Shown piece by piece: positions 58,835 through 64,000 of a DNA stretch of 64,000 bases (position 1 is its first letter; the number at the start of each line of letters is the position of its first letter). The translations under genes were made by a program, and so were the position numbers. The DNA is from an uncultured Thermoleophilia bacterium (GTDB lineage: Bacteria; Actinomycetota; Thermoleophilia; UBA2241). Location: positions 1 to 64,000 of the forward strand of contig CAVPCT010000005.1 of NCBI GenBank assembly GCA_963702475.1. The letters are read 5' to 3'. The notes beneath the pieces were generated by a model. It did no database searches. It saw only the letters and a program-made list of their open reading frames with translations, and was not told the origin of the DNA.

Positions 58835-60088
58835 CTACACCCGGCGCAGCCTGTAGGTACCCGGCCCGCTCATCGCAGCCAGGCCTTCAATCTCCAGCTC
58901 GCTGAGCAGCGCAGCCGCCTCGGACACACCCAGCCCGCACGCGGCGGCCACCGCGTCCACGGTGAACACGCCGCCGTCGAGCGCACGGAGCACCGCGGCC
59001 AGGCGACCGTCGTCCGAGCGCGCCTCGAGCAGCCGCGCCACGGTGTCGGCACCCACGTCCCCGGCGAGCAGCTCCGCATCGAGCTCCACGCCGGCCACCG
59101 CGTTGAGCACGTCGTCGGCCGATTCGCAGAGGGCGGCGCCGTGGCGGAGCAGCGCATGAGGCGCTTGCGTCAGCCGCCGCCCGGCCTCGCCGGGAACGGC
59201 CAGCACCTCGTTGCCGATGTCGTCGGCGAACCCGGCCGTGATCCGGGCGCCGCTACGCAGCGTGCCCTCCACCACCACGACGGCCCGCGCAAGCCCTGCC
59301 ATCACGCGGTTGCGGGCGGGGAACCGCCACGTCCTTGCCGGCACCCCCCAGGCGAACTCGGAGACCACCAGCCCTGCGTCGAGCACGCGCCGGTACAGGC
59401 CGGCGTTGCTGCGCGGATAGGCGACGTCGGCGCCGCAGCCGAGGACGGCGACGGTCGGGAGGCCCGCCCCGTCGCCGGCCCGCAGGGCGGCCGCCTGCGC
59501 CAGGGCGTCGACCCCGAGCGCCAGACCGCTGACGACCACCACGCCGCGGAGCGCCAGGTCTCGCCCCAGCAGCGCAGCCATCTCGGCCCCGTAGGGCGAG
59601 GGCCCACGCGTGCCGACCACCGCGACGGCCAGCGAGCCGCAGAGGATGGTGAGGCGAGCGCGGATCACGGCGTCGGCGGCACGAGCCGCCACGAACAGGC
59701 AGAGGGGCGGATCGCTGAGTCGGCGCAGTGACGGTGGGTAGAGGGCGTCCGCCCACGCGACCTGGAGCCGCCCTGCGGCCGGAGTGATGGAGGCGCACGC
59801 GGCGGGCGCCGCCGCGAGCACCTCCGCGTAGCTGTCGCTCTCAGCGGCGCGCTCATCCGCGCCCAGGGCGGACGCGCCGCTGCTCACACGCCGACAGCGG
59901 AGGAAGGCGCGCAACTCGGCGACGGGGCGGTCCAGCACCTCGCTCACCGACCCGTACTCTTTGACGAGTCGCCCCACGAGGCCACCCCTCCACGACGCGA
60001 GGGTGCCGAGCCACACGCAGAGCTCGCGGCGGCGGGGATCGGCCACGGCCTCGTCTCTCCGCCGGCGCTCCACGCCCGCCGTCACCAC
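58835..60088 (-). CDS. dprA: DNA-processing protein DprA
   Basis: YPPSL..DPP, VVGTR, VSGLALGVD, FPARNR, SGARITA, C-terminal winged helix LELEIEG-like. Confidence 0.96.
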   Translation of the reverse strand: MVTAGVERRRRDEAVADPRRRELCVWLGTLASWRGGLVGRLVKEYGSVSEVLDRPVAELRAFLRCRRVSSGASALGADERAAESDSYAEVLAAAPAACASITPAAGRLQVAWADALYPPSLRRLSDPPLCLFVAARAADAVIRARLTILCGSLAVAVVGTRGPSPYGAEMAALLGRDLALRGVVVVSGLALGVDALAQAAALRAGDGAGLPTVAVLGCGADVAYPRSNAGLYRRVLDAGLVVSEFAWGVPARTWRFPARNRVMAGLARAVVVVEGTLRSGARITAGFADDIGNEVLAVPGEAGRRLTQAPHALLRHGAALCESADDVLNAVAGVELDAELLAGDVGADTVARLLEARSDDGRLAAVLRALDGGVFTVDAVAAACGLGVSEAAALLSELEIEGLAAMSGPGTYRLRRV

Positions 60089-61617
60089 ACGTCCGCGCCG
60101 GCGCTGCGGTAGCTGAGGGCCTCGCGCACGTGGACGTCGGTGACCTCGCCGCTGCCCTCGAGGTCGGCGATGGTCTGGGCCATCTTGAGCACCCTGTCGC
60201 AGGCGCGAGCGCTCAGATGCAGACGCTCGTAGGCTCGATCGAGCGCGACGGTCGCGTCGGGCTGAAGCCGGCAGTAGCGGCGCAGATGCCGCGAGGTCAT
60301 GTGGGCATTGGCGTACGCCCCCGTTCCCGCGAGCCTGGCGAGCTGGCGCTCGCGCGCCGCGACCACGCGTTCACGCACCGCAGCCGACGGCTCCTGGCGG
60401 TGAGCCGCCCGGCGCTCTACCGGAGGCACACGGGGCACGGCGACGCGCAGATCGATACGGTCCAGCAGCGGGCCGCTGAGCCGCGATGCGTACTGCCGCA
60501 CGCGGTGAGGGGGGCACGTGCACTCCCTGCCCCCGTCGCCGCGGTACCCGCAGGGGCACGGGTTCATGGCGGCGACCAGCATGAGCCTGGCCGGGAAGGT
60601 GAGGGAGACCAGGCGCCGGCTGATGGTGACCTCGCCATCCTCGAGCGGCTGCCGCAAACCCTCGAGGGCGGAGAGCCGGAACTCGGGGAACTCATCGAGG
60701 AACAGCACGCCGAGGTGGGCGAGGCTGACCTCGCCGGGGCGCGGCGTGCCACCGCCGCCGACGAGGCCCGGCGAGGAGATGCTGTGGTGCGGCGCCCGAA
60801 ACGGACGCGCGGTGACCAGCGGCGCGCCGGGAGGAAGCATCCCCGCCACGCTGTAGACGCGGGTGACGTCGACGGCCTCGTCCAGCGACAGGGGGGGCAT
60901 GATGGTCGGCAGGCGCCGGGCGAGCATGGTCTTGCCCGCACCCGGCGGACCGGACATGAGCACGTTGTGGGCGCCGGCGACCGCCACCTCGAGCGCCCGC
61001 TTGACCTGGCCCTGCCCGACGATGTCGGCGAGATCGGCGCCGCCGACGGAAGCCGACGACAGGAGAGCGGTGGGATCGGCCGGCGCGGCGGTCTCGGCGC
61101 CACCCGCCGCCAGCTGGCGCACGGCGTCCTGCAGCGTTCGTGCCGGGTAGACCTCGAGGCCCGGCACCAGCGCAGCCTCCGCCGCGTTACCGGCCGGGAG
61201 GATGACGCCGCGGACGCCGCGTCGCCGCAGGCTCTCGGCGAGCACGAGCGCGCCGGCGACGGGGCGCACCGACCCGTCGAGCCCGAGCTCGCCGAGCGCG
61301 GCGAGCGGCCCGCGCCCGTCGCACCCGTCCTCCGCCTGCCCGGTCGCCAGCAGGAACGCCAGGGCGATGGGAAGGTCGAACGACGGACCCTCCTTACGCA
61401 GGTCGGCGGGCGCCAGGTTCACCGTCAGGCGGCGCGAAGGGAACTTGTACGCGGAATTGACGATGGCGGCGCGCACGCGCTCCCTGCTCTCCTGCACCGC
61501 CGCGTCGGGGAGTCCGACGATGCTGAAGGCAGGAGCGGCGGCGACCACGTCGGCCTCCACGCGCACGGGGTGCCCGTCCAGGCCGCTCAGCGCCTCGCTG
61601 GCAACGCTCGCGAGCAT
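60082..61617 (-). CDS. comM: YifB/ComM Mg-chelatase-like AAA+ ATPase
   Basis: VGLPD, NLAPADLRKEG, GPPGAGKT, FRAPHHS, LFLDE, AMNPCPCG, SGPLLDRID. Confidence 0.95.
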   Translation of the reverse strand: MLASVASEALSGLDGHPVRVEADVVAAAPAFSIVGLPDAAVQESRERVRAAIVNSAYKFPSRRLTVNLAPADLRKEGPSFDLPIALAFLLATGQAEDGCDGRGPLAALGELGLDGSVRPVAGALVLAESLRRRGVRGVILPAGNAAEAALVPGLEVYPARTLQDAVRQLAAGGAETAAPADPTALLSSASVGGADLADIVGQGQVKRALEVAVAGAHNVLMSGPPGAGKTMLARRLPTIMPPLSLDEAVDVTRVYSVAGMLPPGAPLVTARPFRAPHHSISSPGLVGGGGTPRPGEVSLAHLGVLFLDEFPEFRLSALEGLRQPLEDGEVTISRRLVSLTFPARLMLVAAMNPCPCGYRGDGGRECTCPPHRVRQYASRLSGPLLDRIDLRVAVPRVPPVERRAAHRQEPSAAVRERVVAARERQLARLAGTGAYANAHMTSRHLRRYCRLQPDATVALDRAYERLHLSARACDRVLKMAQTIADLEGSGEVTDVHVREALSYRSAGADVW

Positions 61618-61621
61618 CCCG

Positions 61622-61996
61622 TCACCGATCCCCGGTGAAGGCGGCCGGCAGGTGCCGCACCGAGACGGGTGCGACGGTGGCGTCGACGGCGACGATGTCG
61701 TACCGCACGTCGGTGACGCCGTTCAACGCCCACGGGCGCAGCGCCAGCCACAGGCCGGCGAGCCGCGCGACCTGCCGCCGCTTGCGAGGGGTCACGGCGT
61801 CTTCGGGTGCGCCGGCCCGGGCCGAACGGCGCGCCTTGACCTCCACGAAGGCCAGCACCGGTCCGCGCCGGACGATGAGATCCAGCTCGCCGCGGCCGAT
61901 GCGCACGTTGCGGCCGAGCAGGCGCCACCCGCGCCTCTCGAGATACCGGGCCGCAGCCTCTTCGGCCGCGCGGCCGAACTGTTGCTGTTCGTTCAT
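61622..61996 (-). CDS. yraN: YraN family (UPF0102) nuclease-like protein
   Basis: GRAAEEAAARYL, GELDLI, FVEVKAR, RYDIV. Confidence 0.95.
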   Translation of the reverse strand: MNEQQQFGRAAEEAAARYLERRGWRLLGRNVRIGRGELDLIVRRGPVLAFVEVKARRSARAGAPEDAVTPRKRRQVARLAGLWLALRPWALNGVTDVRYDIVAVDATVAPVSVRHLPAAFTGDR

Positions 61997-62122
61997 GACG
62001 GCCACGGTACCGCGGCGGGCGACGCCGGCCGAGGGTGCCGATAGCGGGTGAGCGGTGACGTTCGCCAACGTCCACCCACCGCACCCCCGACCCACCCGGC
62101 GCCGGCCACACCCCGCGGCGAG

Positions 62123-62800
62123 TCAGCCCCCGGCGATGTCGCCCCTCGCCTCGCTCCCCCCTGCCTCGGCCAGCAGGTCGAGCTGGCGGTACGCCACTGA
62201 GGCGAAGGACAGGCGGTGCAACTCGCAGACCCCGTGCGTCTCGATGGCCTCTCTGTGCACCGCCGTGGCGTAGCCGACGTGGCGGTCGAAGCCGTACGCC
62301 GGATACCGCTCGTGCAGCCGCAGCATCACCCTGTCGCGGGTGACCTTGGCGACGACAGAGGCGGCGGCGACGGCCGCGGACTTGCCGTCGCCGCCGACCA
62401 CCGCCCGGTGCTCTCCCGCGTACCCGGGGAGGCGGAAGCCGTCGACGAGGCACAGTGCCGGACGCGGGCACAGGGCGTCGAGGGCGGCGCCGAGCCCGTC
62501 CAGGTTGCAGCGGTGCAGGCCTCGCCTGTCGATGGTCGCCGGAGAGCAGCTCACGACGGTCACCTGCCGGGCGCGCCGCACGATCTCACCGTACAGCTCC
62601 TCGCGCCGCTCGCGGGTAAGCTTCTTGGAATCGTCAAGGGCCTGGAGCGCGGCGAAGTCGCCGTCGTCCAGGACCGCGTAGTCGAGACAGACGGCCGCCG
62701 TGACCAGCGGGCCGGCCAGACAGCCGCGGCCCGCCTCGTCGGCGCCGGCCACGGTGACGCGGCCGGCGAGCACGAGGTCGAAGGCGAACCGCTGGTTCAC
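62123..62800 (-). CDS. rnhB: Ribonuclease HII
   Basis: GADEAGRGCLAGP, DDSKKL, LVDG, AAASVVAKVTRD, HRLSF. Confidence 0.96.
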   Translation of the reverse strand: MNQRFAFDLVLAGRVTVAGADEAGRGCLAGPLVTAAVCLDYAVLDDGDFAALQALDDSKKLTRERREELYGEIVRRARQVTVVSCSPATIDRRGLHRCNLDGLGAALDALCPRPALCLVDGFRLPGYAGEHRAVVGGDGKSAAVAAASVVAKVTRDRVMLRLHERYPAYGFDRHVGYATAVHREAIETHGVCELHRLSFASVAYRQLDLLAEAGGSEARGDIAGG

Positions 62801-62900
62801 ACGCGTGCGCCGGCGCGAAGCCGTCAGGCGGCCCCGCCGCGCCCCGTCCGCGCGCCGCGCACACGGCGGGCGAGCGGCACACGAAGGGCGCCGCGGCGCA

Positions 62901-63479
62901 TCAGTCGATGCCGCCGATGCTGCCCGGCGGCCAGTACTTGGCGAAGGCACGGCCCACGAACTGCCCCCGCTCCACAGGCCCGAACTCGCGACTGTCGCCG
63001 CTGTCGGTGCGGTTGTCGCCCATCACGAAGTACGTGCCATCGGGTACGAGGTACGGGCTCTGCAGCGACCACGGGAGCCCGTTGGTGAACGGCTGGCTGG
63101 GCACCTGCTGGCCGTTGATGACGCGCACGTAGGGTTCGTCGAGGAGCTTGTCGTTGATGTACACCGAACCGTCGCGGAGCGAGATCACGTCGCCGGGCAG
63201 GCCGACGATGCGCTTGATGAGCACGGGCCCGTCGAACGGCGGGTGGAAGACGACGATGTCGCCGCGCTGAGGCTCGGAGAACCGCCAGGAGATGCGGTCG
63301 ACGAGCACGCGGTCGCCGATGAGGAGCGTGTCCTCCATCGAGGCCGACGGGATCCGGTACGGCTTGACGAGGAACTGCTGGATGAGCAGCGCCACGGCGA
63401 TGGCCACGACCGCAAGGATCACGTACTCGAGGATGGTGCGGGTGGTGGACGACCGCTTGCCCTTGTCTGCCTTGCCCAT
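62901..63479 (-). CDS. lepB: Signal peptidase I
   Basis: IPSASM (Ser), IKRIVGLPGD (Lys), MGDNR..SGDSR. Confidence 0.96.
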   Translation of the reverse strand: MGKADKGKRSSTTRTILEYVILAVVAIAVALLIQQFLVKPYRIPSASMEDTLLIGDRVLVDRISWRFSEPQRGDIVVFHPPFDGPVLIKRIVGLPGDVISLRDGSVYINDKLLDEPYVRVINGQQVPSQPFTNGLPWSLQSPYLVPDGTYFVMGDNRTDSGDSREFGPVERGQFVGRAFAKYWPPGSIGGID

Positions 63480-63509
63480 GCTCTCCTTCGCAGGTCTCGC
63501 GGGAGTGTA

Positions 63510-64000
63510 TCAGAGGGTGTGGAGCCGCGAGAGCGGCCAGTAGGTGACGAACGCCTCGCCGATGATGTCGCGGCGCGGGGCCGGACCCCAGTCGCGGCTG
63601 TCGTCGCTCACCGTCCGGTTGTCTCCCATCAGGAAGTAGTGACCCTCCGGGACCCGGTACGGTTCCTCGAGCGACCACGGCTCCCCCGTCCCCCGGAACG
63701 GTTCGGTGGGTTCCTGGCGTCCGTCCACGCGGCGCACGTACGGCTCGCGGAGCCGCTTGCCGTCGATGTACACGCGTCCACGGCGCAGGGAGATGACGTC
63801 GCCCGGCATGCCCACGATGCGCTTGATGAGCACGTGCCCGAGGGCGGTGCAGTCGAAGACCACGATGTCGCCGCGCCGGGGCCCGTGCAGCTTGTACACC
63901 ACGCGGTTGACCAACACCCTGTCCTGGGGCACGAGCGTGGCCGCCATGGACTCTGACGGGATGCGGTACGGCTTGACGATGTACGCCTGGAGCAGGAGGG
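63510..64000 (-). CDS. lepB: Signal peptidase I, second copy (5' end outside the window)
   Basis: QAYIVKPYRIPSESM, IKRIVGMPGD, MGDNR..SDDSR. Confidence 0.95.
   Translation of the reverse strand, partial: LLLQAYIVKPYRIPSESMAATLVPQDRVLVNRVVYKLHGPRRGDIVVFDCTALGHVLIKRIVGMPGDVISLRRGRVYIDGKRLREPYVRRVDGRQEPTEPFRGTGEPWSLEEPYRVPEGHYFLMGDNRTVSDDSRDWGPAPRRDIIGEAFVTYWPLSRLHTL

Noticed and set aside
62901-64000. Tandem signal peptidase I genes as a novelty
   Set aside because: Clustered lepB paralogues upstream of rnhB are already known in actinobacteria, for example the Streptomyces sip cluster.

Overview
High-GC bacterial DNA, most consistent with Actinomycetota (gene order lepB-lepB-rnhB-yraN-yifB-dprA-xerC-whiG-rpsB; Thermoleophilia-like is an inference). 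It has four blocks. (1) 1-9.8 kb: an IS3 remnant, three glycosyltransferases, a secreted papain-like C1A peptidase and a decayed duplicate of it split by an IS630 element. This block carries many single-base indels. (2) 9.9-24.8 kb: a putative extracytoplasmic metal-redox locus. It contains a ~1750-aa multicopper oxidase (MCO) with all copper ligands, a MacB/LolCDE-type ABC pair, a NarL-type two-component system, DsbA plus VKOR, and a lipoprotein MCO paralogue that has lost most copper ligands. The MCO and the peptidase end in the same ~105-aa 'YTAVVYYRPD' repeat domain and are followed by the same hairpin. (3) 30.5-51.7 kb: a ~21-kb glycan island lying between cdsA and dxr. It encodes CDP-3,6-dideoxyhexose enzymes, an inverted paratose/tyvelose cassette, a NeuB-cupin + HAD + ThDP enzyme + SDR + Fe-ADH block suggesting a higher-carbon branched sugar, a GtrB-like enzyme and three GT-C-like membrane proteins. 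(4) Housekeeping genes at 25.4-30.5 kb and 51.8-64 kb. No CRISPR array, tRNA or rRNA was recognised. All assignments come from motif recognition by eye; no searches were run.
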